The notes: a model not told the origin generated them from the letters alone. Numbered from the whole stretch's first letter, positions 50,301-63,051 are shown. The stretch is DNA of 63,988 nucleotides, filler included, from Octopus bimaculoides (GCF_001194135.2; 7 parts of 6 records of this genome joined end to end with filler, not necessarily neighbours in it); one strand, 5' to 3'. Program-made: numbers and translations.

Positions 50301-51482
50301 ACAGATACATGTATACATGCATACAAACGTACATACATTCATATGTTGTCTGCTCCATCTCAAAATTTTACCGTCTCTTTTCGCAGCATCGTTGTCAATG
50401 GCATTTCTGATTTTCCATCCATGACCTCTTTGATAACTGTTTACACATGCTGCAGGTCTGTGTAGTTCGAAACATGGATGTTAAGAAAAAATCTGCTACT
50501 TCCACTGGATTGATTTGATTAGCTCCATTGTTAAGAACGTATGTAATCAATGTTTCAAACTTGTTTTCTCACCTGATTTCGAAAATTCAAATTCTCAATA
50601 TATGGAATGAAAAAGGAATTCATTATGAAGAATGGGTTTTATGGCGAAACGCTTGTATAGGGTTTTATGGAGAAACGCTTGTACAGCATGAGTGCGCACT
50701 CTCTGAGTCTGTGTGATAAGTTTTGAGTGATTAGCTGAAGCGAGATAACAAGTAATCAAGGGAAACACTAAGTTTTAAAATTAGAGTGCCACTCTAATTA
50801 GAGAATGTGGTCACCATAGCTAGGCATTTAACAATCCTAGTTAATTTATAAACGTTGGATGCCCGTTAAATCTAAATATTCTACCCAGGACTTGTTTTTT
50901 CTCCCGTAGAGTGCCAAACAAAAACCAGCCTTCTCACCAAATAGGATTCGTAGGGTAGATGGCTTACTAGACGACAGCTCGACCATATATGTCGTGTTGG
51001 TTTCCATGTTACAAGAAACACGTAAAGGCGGTTGACCATTGTATATGAATAATTCTATTTCATAACGTTACATTCGTCCGAAAGTCAAAAAATCCATTCT
51101 GCTATTTACTTATTTGTGTTCAATTTTACTTATTAACATTCCCTGTATTGTATAGCCGAAAGGCATTCTCTCATACGTGTATAATTCTCGGTTGCTTCCG
51201 TTTATGTTTCCGTTCCTGTTTTCGTTCTTGTACACATTCGTTTGCTTTTCTTAAATGCTCAATATTTTTTCCTACGTCCCTGGCCCCGCCTGATTCGTGT
51301 AGTATCGGTGATAAGAGGCGAACCTACAAGGACATTCCCGACTCCGACTCATGATGTAATCGGCTGCGAATGATACGTGTATCTTATTTTAGTCCTTTTT
51401 GCCGTTTGTCGTGTTTTCGTCTGTTTTTGCGCATGTTGTGTATCGTTGGTTTCCACCTGCTGTGTTCTTTCTCTTTTAATTT

Positions 51483-51535
<53 letters not shown>

Positions 51536-51639
51536 TTATATATATATAGGAGAATTTACGAAAAACAAGACAGACGAGGACAGGTGGTGTAAACAACGAA
51601 AGGATGTATTAGTTTAACGTATATGTATGGATGTATATG

Positions 51640-51812
51640 TACATATATAGGCGCAGACGTGGCTGCCTGGAAAAAAGCTTCCTTCCCAAACACATGGTTC
51701 CGGATTCAGTCCCACATCGTGGCACCATCGGCAACTGTCTTCTACTAAAACCTAAGTGCGATCAAAGCCTTGTGAGTGGATTTGGTAGAGGAACACTGAG
51801 AAAAAAAACATA

Positions 51813-51848
<36 letters not shown>

Positions 51849-51920
51849 GCTTGTGTGTCTGTGTTTTCCCCTCACCATCGCTTGACAAACGACAGTGTTG
51901 TGTTTAGGTCACTATAATTC
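51640..51920 (+). mobile_element. SINE family 2
   Basis: ggcgcagacgtggctg...ggttccggattcagtccca...ttgtgagtggatttggtaga. Confidence 0.8.
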
Positions 51921-53104
51921 GAACGGCTGTGTCTAGAAGCTCAGTGATTCATAATGATATTGGTAGATTTAGCCCATCTCAAAATGCGGCCATATGGATG
52001 CATTCTACATGATGAAACCTGCCTCCCTCATCAGGATAGAGCGCATCTTATATTTCAGATGATATTCTAGAGAAGTTCAAAGATGGAATGATTAAATGTA
52101 GAGAGCTAACCAAAATGCAGCTGTATGAATGCATTGAACATAGCATGAGAAGGCCTCCGTCATCTGCCATCTTCATGACCAATTTACTCCCCCCTCTATC
52201 TTCTCACATACCTTTCTACCTACTGTAGTGTTGCAATCCCTTTGTCTTCTCTCATACCTTTCTACATACCGCAGTAAACTCACTCTTTCACTGATCTAGA
52301 CACCTTACATCCCTCAAATAAATATCATTCCTTTCCTCACTATCTCACTTTTCTCACTATCGACTCATCCTTAAAATGCATCGATAAGGTAATAGTTTAT
52401 GATGGACTAAATCATTATCATGGATTACTGAGCTCCAAGAAACACCTGGTGGACTTATAGTAACTCACTTCCGCCCCTTACAATTTATGGTCCCAACATG
52501 GAAACTGGAAGTGAAATCAGAATGCAAAGTCTTGGATTTCATTCTGTAAGCCACCTCATTCGGTATTCTAAAAATCCACAAAATCTATTATTCAATAACT
52601 TGACCAATATTGTATTCATCTAAATGAAAGGAAGAGAGGATAGTTGATTACGTTGGAATATGCTTTTAGAATGCGGCGTGCAGGATCGAACACTACTAGA
52701 TTCTCTATTCAATGCCCTTAATGCTTAGCTAATTTATATCTTTAACAACTCAAGAATTGAATATACATGTGTGGTGAAAACTACTGGGTAAAGGATATAT
52801 CAATTAGCGTAACTCATATAAACAATTTAAAAAGAAAGAACTCTATGAAAACATCGAACGCGTAATGTTAATCGGTGCAAATCCATAATAAATGTAACAA
52901 CTGATTAAGAAAATTATTGATGGTAAGTGCATGGTCGTCATGCAATTTAAATTTCAAATAAGAATGCTTTTTTTTATTACGAAGTAGATATAAGAGGCAA
53001 TACTTGGCTGGATTATATTATAAAAACCTTTTTCTTATTTCATTGAAAAGCCAAAATTCACTGAAGTGACTTTATATTATATGCCATATTATTTAGCTGG
53101 GATA

Positions 53105-53322
53105 GGCGGCTTGCTGACAGAGATGATAGCACGCAGGGCAAAGTACTTAGCGGTATTTCGTCTGCCTTTACGTTCTGAGTTCAAATTCCACCGAGGTCGA
53201 CTTTGCCTTTCATCATTTCGGGCTCGATAAATTAAGTACTAGTTGCGTACTGGGTCGATCTAATCAACTGCGCCCCTCCACCTCCAAAATTCGGGGTCTT
53301 GTTCCTAGATTAGAACATATTT
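53105..53322 (+). mobile_element. SINE family 1, full length, 13-bp TSD with 1 mismatch
   Basis: TTTAGCTGGGATA (53092-53104) and TTTAGTTGGGATA (53323-53335). Confidence 0.88.
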
Positions 53323-53796
53323 TTTAGTTGGGATAAAATGAAGACATTCATTCAAGTAATTATATGTAATCATGCCCCATTCTATTATTTATCTTATAAT
53401 AATTTGTCATTAATCATAGAATGGTTATCAGCACATTTTTATAGCTTTTCAAAGCATTGTAGCAATCATTAAATGGGTGCTATTACTGAAATCAATCTCC
53501 ATTTTCCATCTATATTACAATTTGTAAATTGGTTTGAAGAGTTAAATCAAACATGCAAAATTATTTTGTATCGCGTAAAATATTTTATAACTCAGAGACT
53601 GTGGCTGTGTTGTAAATTATCAAATGGCTTAGATTAGTATAGCATGAATTTTTTCAGACATGTTATGGGAAAAGTGTTACACTTCTTATGACTGTGTAAC
53701 ATTTCTTTTACAAATAAAAAGACTTGAGCCAGCAAACACAAATGTATATTCAAAATATGAAGGGATAAAAATTTTGTTCATTTTGATGATCGGAAT

Positions 53797-53875
53797 GATG
53801 ATGATTATGACGAGGACGACGACGATGACGACGACGAAGACGACGATGATGATGATGATGATGATGATGTTGATG

Positions 53876-53929
<54 letters not shown>

Positions 53930-54200
53930 GCATGCTGACATTAAAAAAATGATAACGATTCCGATGATGATTATGAGGAGCTGGAGGAGCTAGAGAAGGA
54001 TAAGGAGGAAGAGAAAAGGAAGGAGAAAGAGAAAAGGAAGGATGAAGAGAGATGAAGGCACCAAATTCAGATATGGCAATGATGTCAATGCTGATGATAA
54101 TGACGATGATGGAAATGATGATGATGATGATCATCATCATCATCGTCGTCGTCGTCGTCGTCGTCGTCATCTCCATCATCATCATAATTATGATGATAAG
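53797..54200. repeat. (GAT)n/(GAC)n/(CAT)n low-complexity arrays
   Basis: Direct sequence; source of the poly-M/H/S ORFs. Confidence 0.95.
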
Positions 54201-55518
54201 AAGGTAAAGGAATTGAAAATGGTGTTATTGCTTTGAGGGAACATCGCGGGAATGATTAAAGTTGGAGCGGTTAGAATGGGATTTTATTTTCCCAACAAAG
54301 ATGATATGAAGTTTATTCAATTTCTTAAATTAGAAACGCAAAATTTCTTTAGATTTAATTAAATTAGTAAAATAAGAAAACAATATTTCATCAATCATCA
54401 TTTCCCAGGAGATGTTCGTTTTTGTGTAACATTTTTCTTCCTTCATTTCTTTCTATTTTCAAAATTTGATAGACATATATGGTTCGCACAGCAAGTCTTA
54501 ATCATGCAGCATCCGTGAACAACAGTGGAAATATTTAATTATTGACAAACTTGGAAGTTTCATGCTGTTCGATGTTAAAATAGTTGAGTTGACAGCTAGC
54601 AGACAAGCATGTAAATTCCATGGACATTTTTTTACACAATAACATAACCGTGTAATACTTTTGATTTTATAACATACTGAGTTATAAATATATTAATTAA
54701 TTGGTAGTGATGCAGGGATGCAAATTAAAGTGAAAAATACTAGTGATGAATTTATAAATGTTAGTGACAGGATGATCTCCATATTGTTTGAAATAAATAC
54801 TTTAAGGAATTGGCGTACTGGAAGCTTATGAAGCAAGCCTTGGAATGTATAACCTCATATTTTTTTATATACACCAATATCTGGTGTATTAGATCAATTG
54901 TCATAGATACCGGTACATTAGGCACTGCTTGTTGAAAGATTTTGATTGCCATATATTATATATGCCTGTTTGCACGTGTGCTTGTGTGTGCCCCTGATTC
55001 AACGCATGTGCATACACGCATGCATAAGTGTATGCACATATCTTAGGAATTGAAGTGTTCGCTATCTTATTTAATAGCAGTAGCTTCATCTCATGGGTTT
55101 TCTGACTCATGTGACATAGTATGTGATATATCTCTACACATACATATGACAGGTCTAAAACCAGTAGATGTCACTTACTGTAAATACTTGCATATTACAA
55201 TTTCAAATATTAGTACTAATATTGCAGTGCGATCGCTGCCGTTCTACAAATGGACCGTTCTCTATGCTATAATTTTAAACTATATAATCTATAATTATTG
55301 TGTGCGTTAATTTCTACTCCATGCAGATTCCTTTCGTTTGTAGGCAGACTAACGTGTATAATTCGTCTTTCTTAACTCGGATTAAGCAATAAGTTTTCGT
55401 AGAAAGAGATAAACAAAGAATTTCGTAATTGTCTACTAGTAGCTAAAACAAGAACTTATATATCATTCCTTAATATATATGATTACAATTATCACAATAT
55501 ATTCTATCTCTTCATATA

Positions 55519-56120
55519 CACAGACATGCAAGAAGTAAATCGACACCTTTAATTTTCAAAATCTTTTAACACGCCAAGCGAACAATTGAAATGTAATCGA
55601 TAGGTAGGGCGACATACTTTAGTATTTAGTTGACATTCCCTTTCCAGATTTTAATTCATTAGCTCCTTTTGTCATTGAACCGATGAACTTTGTGATTGTC
55701 TCTTGTGGAAATTCTGCCCACTTTTCACGCAATAATCGAAACAATTGATCTTTAAATTTAAGTTTCTGTTGAGTTTTTCGTGTAGTTCTATCTAGCATGC
55801 TCGAAAGATTTTCAGTTGGGTTCATGTCGGAGATTGGCTCAGCCAAGGAAGCTTTTTGATCCCATTTTCAGTCAGCCGTCGTTGATTCCTTTTTGGCGTG
55901 TGACATGGAGCCCTATCTTCCATGAATCAGAAGTCATTTTTCGCTGTTATCGTGTGAATACATCGGAAGTATTCCTTGCTTAAGTATTTCGATGCATTCT
56001 TCAGAGTTTATGGTTCCAACACAACCGATCAGCTCAGAACAACCATTGTTGGTGACAGCTCCCCATACAATTACAGAGACACCACCATGTTGCACAGTTG
56101 GTTGGAGTCGTTTCAAATCA
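55519..56120 (-). mobile_element. Tc1 transposon, second copy of the 8945 family, one TIR only
   Basis: TA + CACAGACATGCAAGAAGTAAATCGACACC TIR; MKRLQPTVQHGGVSVIVWGA, PISDMNPTENL. Confidence 0.92.
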
Positions 56121-57165
56121 GTTCCGGTTTTAAATCAATTTTAGTTATCCAGAACCATCTTTTTTCTCTCTCTCTTATATTCAACATCTGTATGAAATTG
56201 ACCATGCATTATTTCCTTTAACCACCTATTTTCAGTTTCATTCGTTTTCAATCTATATAATAGTGCTTTATCTTTGCTATCTTTCATCGTACACAAGCCT
56301 GCCCTACTTACATCTAATAATAGCGGTTGTATGGCATTTTTTACATACCATGCTATATTGTTTTCTTCTGCTCTAATGATGTGTTAGTAACAAATAAGTC
56401 CTCTTCCCCCTCTTATTCTTGGCACATACAGTCTGTCTGTGTCACTTTTTGGGTGGAGTTACCCATATCTAGTCAGCAACTTTCTTATCTTTCTGACTAA
56501 GCTGTTTAGTGCGTCTACTGTCCACAGATTACCCCTCCACCATATCTAAGGAGTGAAACTGCCCAGGTGTTGATAGCTTTGATCTTATTCCGACCGTTTA
56601 ATTTCGACTTAAGGATCAGTCTCAGTCTGCATAAGTACTCCATCTTAAATTTTTCTGTCATTTCTTTTTCCGTTAATTTATCCATTTCCAAAACCCCCAA
56701 GTTCTCATAGCCCGTCTCTTCTATCTGCTTCATAATTTCCCCCGGCGGTATCGTTAGCCCGTCCATAGATTTGATTTTGCCTCTCTTCAAGTCACGCATG
56801 AATAACAAATGTTTCAGGTCACCCATGAATAACAAATGATTTACTTTTCCTTGGTGGCTTTCGAATACTTACCCAGCTTTGCTTTCCTCAGACTCAGAAT
56901 TATTGGTATCAATCACAGTACAAAGATCAGTTGGGACAGACAGTCCCATTGGAAGATGCCCCTCCTAATTTCTACTGTCCCTAAACTTCTTCTGTATGCT
57001 GTCAGGTCTGTCCTCCTATTCGCCATACTTTTTCCAAGCAATCGCTCAACACTCGATGCAATACGAAATAGGTTCATACCCTCCATAATCCAAGAACGTG
57101 GGATCATATCGTACAACTTACGAGAGTCGCTCCATGACATGGCTAGGTTACTAGTCTTCAAGTAC
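56120..57165 (-). mobile_element. R4/Dong-like RT region, truncated at both ends
   Basis: D.RKLYDMIP.SWI, IRRGIFQWDCLSQLIFVL, HLLFMGDLK, KLNGRNKIKAINTWAVSLLRYGGG, MHGQF, DLKPE. Confidence 0.92.
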
Positions 57166-57169
<4 letters not shown>

Positions 57170-57196
<27 letters not shown>

Positions 57197-57556
57197 TAGT
57201 TTTATTTTTATAACGTGCTTTCACTTCACTGCCGAGCGCAGCTCTGTGCGCCTTGGGTATGTGCTGTGGTTTGCTGTGGTGCTCTTATGTTTACTGTATT
57301 GAAAGTGTTTTGCGTAGAATGTGTGCAGTACCCAGTAGTGCAATTTTCTGTATGTTATATATATTTGTAAGTCCTGGTGTTTTTGTTATGTATTTGTCTG
57401 AATATTTTTTTATTATACCTAAGGCACCTACTATGATAGGAATTGTTTCTGTTTTTAGATTCCACATTCGAGTTATCTCTATTTCCAGGTCTTTGTATTT
57501 TGAAAGTTTTTCCATTTCTTTTAGAGAAACGTTGTCATCTGCTGGTATTGAAACAT
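57170..57556 (-). mobile_element. R4/Dong-like 3' end with 3' UTR and (TAA)n tail
   Basis: MEKLSKYKDLEIEITRMWNLKTETIPIIVGALG...IQKIALLGTAHILRKTLSIQ*. Confidence 0.93.
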
Positions 57557-57656
57557 NNNNNNNNNNNNNNNNNNNNNNNNNNNNNNNNNNNNNNNNNNNN
57601 TTAATTAATTAANNNNNNNNNNNNNNNNNNNNNNNNNNNNNNNNNNNNNNNNNNNN

Positions 57657-57697
<41 letters not shown>

Positions 57698-58384
57698 TGT
57701 GTGTGTGTGTGCGCGTGTGTGTGTGTGTGTGCGTGTGCGTGTGTGTGTGTGTGTGTGCGTGTGTGTGCACACGCGCACGCGAAATTCGTGCGTTGGTATA
57801 TCTTCGTACACTGCAATTTAAACCTTAAAATGCGTGACAAATTACCAGTATTAAGAATTCGGTGTTTATTTCTGTTCGTCTCATTGTATGTAATTGTATT
57901 CTTTGTTGATAAATTCGGGTTTTAGTGTTACATAGAGTATACGTAGAAAAACAAAATATGAGAGATTGTTTGTAAGGTATTTAGTTACACCAAATGATTA
58001 AGGTTTCATTAACGTGAGGTGACCTTTAGTTATATAATAGAATTACATAATCATGACTTTATGTTAAATCATCAGAGACGTGAAACGTTTATATGTAGCA
58101 TTACTGGATTGAAGGTATAACATGATTCATCATTCTGGAGATGGCTATCCTTCAAGTAATCTGCATTATGAAACTAAAACTCACTCTATGTTAATGAATT
58201 GTACGTAAGATAGTATCTAAATATATATATTGGGTTCTCTCAGTTTCTACCTTGAAAGGGAGCTCACGAGTCAAAAACTACGGGTGACAAGGCAGCTTCT
58301 AACGAATATATGCATACATGGTAACTATTGCTGTCGTATAAGATCAGCTTTTACGCTTCCCTTCATTTTCTTTTGAAGACGTAG

Positions 58385-58484
58385 AGTATCACTAACTTGA
58401 TCTTCCATGATGACGAGGACATATGCCAGAATGAAATAATCAAGACTATATCTCCTAGACACCGATGGCATTTGAATATTATCA
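58385..58484 (+). CDS. Candidate internal exon, product unknown (SITNLIFHDDEDICQNEIIKTISPRHRWHLNII)
   Basis: Long pyrimidine tract, AG at 58383-84, 100-nt open frame, A|GTAAGT donor. A competing AG at 58377-78 would give stops in all frames. Confidence 0.3.
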
Positions 58485-59163
58485 GTAAGTTGAACATGCA
58501 CACACACACCAGAGGAACTGGGCTGGTGACAACAAATGACCCCGTTTCACCGAAATATTATGTGGTAACACCGTGAGCGTCCTTTGCCGTGCCAGCGCCT
58601 TCAGCCTCGAGATTATTCGCGCATGTTTTGAATTGTTTCAGCATTTGTTTTTTAGAGAAGGATAATAATATTCTCTGAGTCTCATGGGAGATATATATCT
58701 GAAGGATTATGCATGCATTTCTTTTCACGTATTTTTCTTTTTTTTTAATCATTTTTATTATTACCCATCTAATTTTGTTAATTGTACACCTTAGTAGTTT
58801 TATAACTCATGAATATAACGTAGTTGTTTTACTCTAATGACATCAACCTATCTGAGACAGTTACCGATTCTATGACACAATATTCCTGTTTTAAAGAGAT
58901 CTATATCAAAATCTTCAACAAAATTCTATGTTAATTTGTCCCAAAGCACCAGCTTAATAATGACAATTATTTCACTAAATTCTTTGTTATTATAAAAATT
59001 AATTGAAGCAAAGGTAGTATATTTCAACAGAATATAGTAACAAAAGGTTTAAATAGTTTATATTTTTTTTCCTTACTATTAAGCTTGTCTTCCATAAGTT
59101 ATTTTTGCAAACAGTTACACCTACGTACTTTTCACTTCGTTTGACTGCGACCATCATAAGGTT

Positions 59164-59285
59164 TCTTATTCTTGAATATGTACATATTACTAAACAGGAT
59201 TCGAACTAAGGAACCTTTATTCCTTAAAAGTACTTACCATATTATCCTTAATGCCACTGAAGTATGCGCATGTTCAAGAATAAGA
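59164..59285. mobile_element. Small inverted-repeat element enclosing a tRNA-like box
   Basis: 23-bp IR (59164-59186 / 59263-59285, 3 mismatches); minus-strand AGTTCGAATCC inside. Confidence 0.45.
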
Positions 59286-60324
59286 CATTTGATGGCGATG
59301 GTACTTCAAGCGATCGGAACGTAGTGTAGATATAGCGATGAAAAAAAAAAAGAGCTTGATAGTCCTAAAAATTATTATATTTTTAACCACAACTCATTTA
59401 TATAAAATTTTTTAAAAAAGAGTTTGACTCAGCGCTTTCTTATGATCTGGGGACTTTGAATAGTTACCCAGGTCTCTCACAAGGCCTAAGGACCCAATTC
59501 TGATCTATGTGTGCTGTGACTAGCTGTCAATAGATAAATACCAGTGGGTCCGGTGCATTTATTTGCTCGGGAGTCAATAATGCTGCTGAGACGGCCGTAG
59601 TTTGACATTGATAGAATAGCATAATGTATAAAGACAATACACATATTTCAAGTGACATAACATTTAAGATTTCATTCATGTCAAGAGACTTGTATATATA
59701 TATATATATATATNNNNNNNNNNNNNNNNNNNNNNNNNNNNNNNNNNNNNNNNNNNNNNNNNNNNNNNNNNNNNNNNNNNNNNNNNNNNNNNNNNNNNNN
59801 NNNNNNNNNNNNNNNNNNNNNNNNNNNNNNNNNNNNNNNNNNNNNNNNNNNNNNNNNNNNNNNNNNNNNNNNNNNNNNNNNNNNNNNNNNNNNNNNNNNN
59901 NNNNNNNNNNNNNNNNNNNNNNNNNNNNNNNNNNNNNNNNNNNNNNNNNNNNNNNNNNNNNNNNNNNNNNNNNNNNNNNNNNNNNNNNNNNNNNNNNNNN
60001 NNNNNNNNNNNNNNNNNNNNNNNNNNNNNNNNNNNNNNNNNNNNNNNNNNNNNNNNNNNNNNNNNNNNNNNNNNNNNNNNNNNNNNNNNNNNNNNNNNNN
60101 NNNNNNNNNNNNNNNNNNNNNNNNNNNNNNNNNNNNNNNNNNNNNNNNNNNNNNNNNNNNNNNNNNNNNNNNNNNNNNNNNNNNNNNNNNNNNNNNNNNN
60201 NNNNNNNNNNNNNNNNNNNNNNNNNNNNNNNNNNNNNNNNNNNNNNNNNNNNNNNNNNNNNNNNNNNNNNNNNNNNNNNNNNNNNNNNNTATATATATAT
60301 AGTATATTATTATTATATCACCTG

Positions 60325-60480
60325 AAAGTGTGTGGCCTAATGTGTAGGGCGTTGGGCTCACAATCATAAAATTGTGGGTTCAATTTTTGGGATCGGTTGA
60401 TGAGCTGTGTTCTGGAGCAAGGTACTTTATTTCATGTTGCTCCAGTCTACTCAGCTAAAAATAAGTATCAGCCTGGTGGT
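60325..60480 (+). mobile_element. tRNA-derived SINE, family 3
   Basis: A box TGGCCTAATGTG, B-box-like GGGTTCAATT, then tgtgttctggagcaaggtactttatttcatgttgctccagtctactcagct. Confidence 0.65.
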
Positions 60481-61136
60481 GCTGCAACCCCCTCTTCATC
60501 AAGCTATTATCGATCGATATTCCGCTGGTCATAGGATGGGAGGATCGAGAGGCTGTTAATGTCTGCTTGCGATTACATAATCACCTAAAACAATAGCGAA
60601 ATTATGGCACGAATTACCAAGTCAATCATACCCTCTTGTTAGTGAAGGTTATTATATATATCTGAAACTTACTAGATATATGCAAATTTAAACTGTTGCA
60701 AATTGAGAAATAGCAATAAAAGCAAGTACGAAAGCAATATCCTGCCAGTAATGACCATGCTTTTAAATATAATGTCACAATATTAGTTTTCTTATTTCCT
60801 TAGATGTTGCTTATAAATCCATACCTTAATTGTGACTGCAGATACGAGGCTCAGGCGCTGACGTGTATTTCCGGTTTCATGCAACGAAAAGGAAAGTATA
60901 GACTATAATTAGTTACTGCTATCAGATAAACATAGATTAGACATGTGTAAACGAGTTTTCTAAAGGTAATCACGAGGTCGAGAACGCTGGAACAGCCAGA
61001 CAATCTCACAAATATATTCTGATACTTTAGTGAAATGTGTGACAAAACATGCTGTCAGCTGCCCAGTTCCTCTTGTGTAAGCGTTCAGCTTACTGACAAC
61101 TTCCTATTGAGTGCAACAAAATAAATGGTAAATAAT

Positions 61137-61263
61137 CTTTTCTACTCTAGGCACAAGGCCCCAAATTTTTGGGGAGGCGGCGTCCATTATATCGACCCCA
61201 GTACGCAACTGGTACTTAATTTATCGACCCCGAAAGGATGAAAGACAAAGTCAACCTCGGCAG
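61137..61263 (-). mobile_element. SINE family 1, 5'-truncated, 17-bp TSD
   Basis: AATAAATGGTAAATAAT at 61120-61136 and 61264-61280. Confidence 0.9.
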
Positions 61264-61304
61264 AATAAATGGTAAATAATGTGCTACCGACGACGTCTGT
61301 TTTA

Positions 61305-61470
61305 GGAGCAAGCGTGGCTATGTGGTTAAGAAACTCGCTTTGCAAATATATGGTTTCGGATTCAGTTCCACCACAGAACACCTTACCCAAGTGACTTCTA
61401 CTATAGCCCTGGGCTGACCAATGCTTTGTGAGAGAATTTGGTGGAAGGAAACTGCGTGAAAGCGCGCTGC
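61305..61470 (+). mobile_element. SINE family 2
   Basis: gcgtggctatgtggttaagaa...ggtttcggattcagttcca...cttctactatagccc...tttgtgag. Confidence 0.8.
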
Positions 61471-61512
<42 letters not shown>

Positions 61513-61673
61513 ATATATANNNNNNNNNNNNNNNNNNNNNNNNNNNNNNNNNNNNNNNNNNNNTTAATTAATTAANNNNNNNNNNNNNNNNNNNNNNNNN
61601 NNNNNNNNNNNNNNNNNNNATATATATATATATATATATATACCGTTCTGTATATACATATATAATTGGACAT

Positions 61674-62998
61674 GTGTGTTTGTGTAGAAAGTTGTGGATA
61701 GATAGATACATATATATGTTTAAGTCTCTATATATCTGTGTTTATATGTATGTATGTATGTATGTTTATATGTATGTTTGTATGTATGTACGTATGTATT
61801 ATGTGTGTATGTATGTATGTATGTATGTATTTATGTATGTATGTATTGGATTTGGATATATTTGCAGTCACCCTATCTGCCCGTCATTGTATTCATTCTT
61901 CGAAGGGCACTTGTTTGACGTAGACTAACAAAACCTCCCATAAGATTTTAAGCCTATTACTTGTATTTCTTTACAATCGGGAATTGAAATCCCACAACAT
62001 CGGCATTTAATGCTGTATTAATCGCACTACAAAGCCATCCTCTTAAATTGTCCCAGACATAGATAAATTAATGCGATGAATTTTCCTACACACGTTTTCG
62101 CATTTCAGTACAAGTTGCTATTTCAGCGAACTTGTTGCTATTACATCATTCACAAATATTTTTTATATGATATTTCTGTTCTTGCATATTAACAAATAGT
62201 TTATTTGGTTTGTTTTTGTTGTCTGTTATTGGGACACGAGAAATAATTTAGTTATATATTCATGATACGAGTTTGTAAATCAGCACTGTAAAATAAACGA
62301 ATGGTGTATTGAGCATTTAGATTGAATGCATTCAAAGACAAGCTAAGATGTTAAGACATTTAACTTTAAAACAGAATATAAAGTACTTTCTCGTGTGTAT
62401 ATGCGTCTATCAAAATATATATATATATGTATACATACACACACACGTATATATATATATATATATATATGCATATACATGTATGTATATATGCATATGA
62501 ATGTATGTATACGTGAACATGTGTATGATATATGTATATNNNNNNNNNNNNNNNNNNNNNNNNNNNNNNNNNNNNNNNNNNNNNNNNNNNNNNNNNNNNN
62601 NNNNNNNNNNNNNNNNNNNNNNNNNNNNNNNNNNNNNNNNNNNNNNNNNNNNNNNNNNNNNNNNNNNNNNNNNNNNNNNNNNNNNNNNNNNNNNNNNNNN
62701 NNNNNNNNNNNNNNNNNNNNNNNNNNNNNNNNNNNNNNNNNNNNNNNNNNNNNNNNNNNNNNNNNNNNNNNNNNNNNNNNNNNNNNNNNNNNNNNNNNNN
62801 NNNNNNNNNNNNNNNNNNNNNNNNNNNNNNNNNNNNNNNNNNNNNNNNTATATATATATATATAAACAATATATGAGTTTGTGCATATATATGTACATGT
62901 ATGTACATATCTTCATCTACATGTACATATAGATACATATCTGGGTACATGACGTTGCAAAAGAACATGGACAAAATGATAAACAAGGTACAGCAAAC

Positions 62999-63051
<53 letters not shown>

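Noticed and set aside
60855-60880. CRE-like TGACGTG next to ETS-like TTTCCGG
   Set aside because: Two short motifs with no downstream gene evidence; chance occurrence is plausible.
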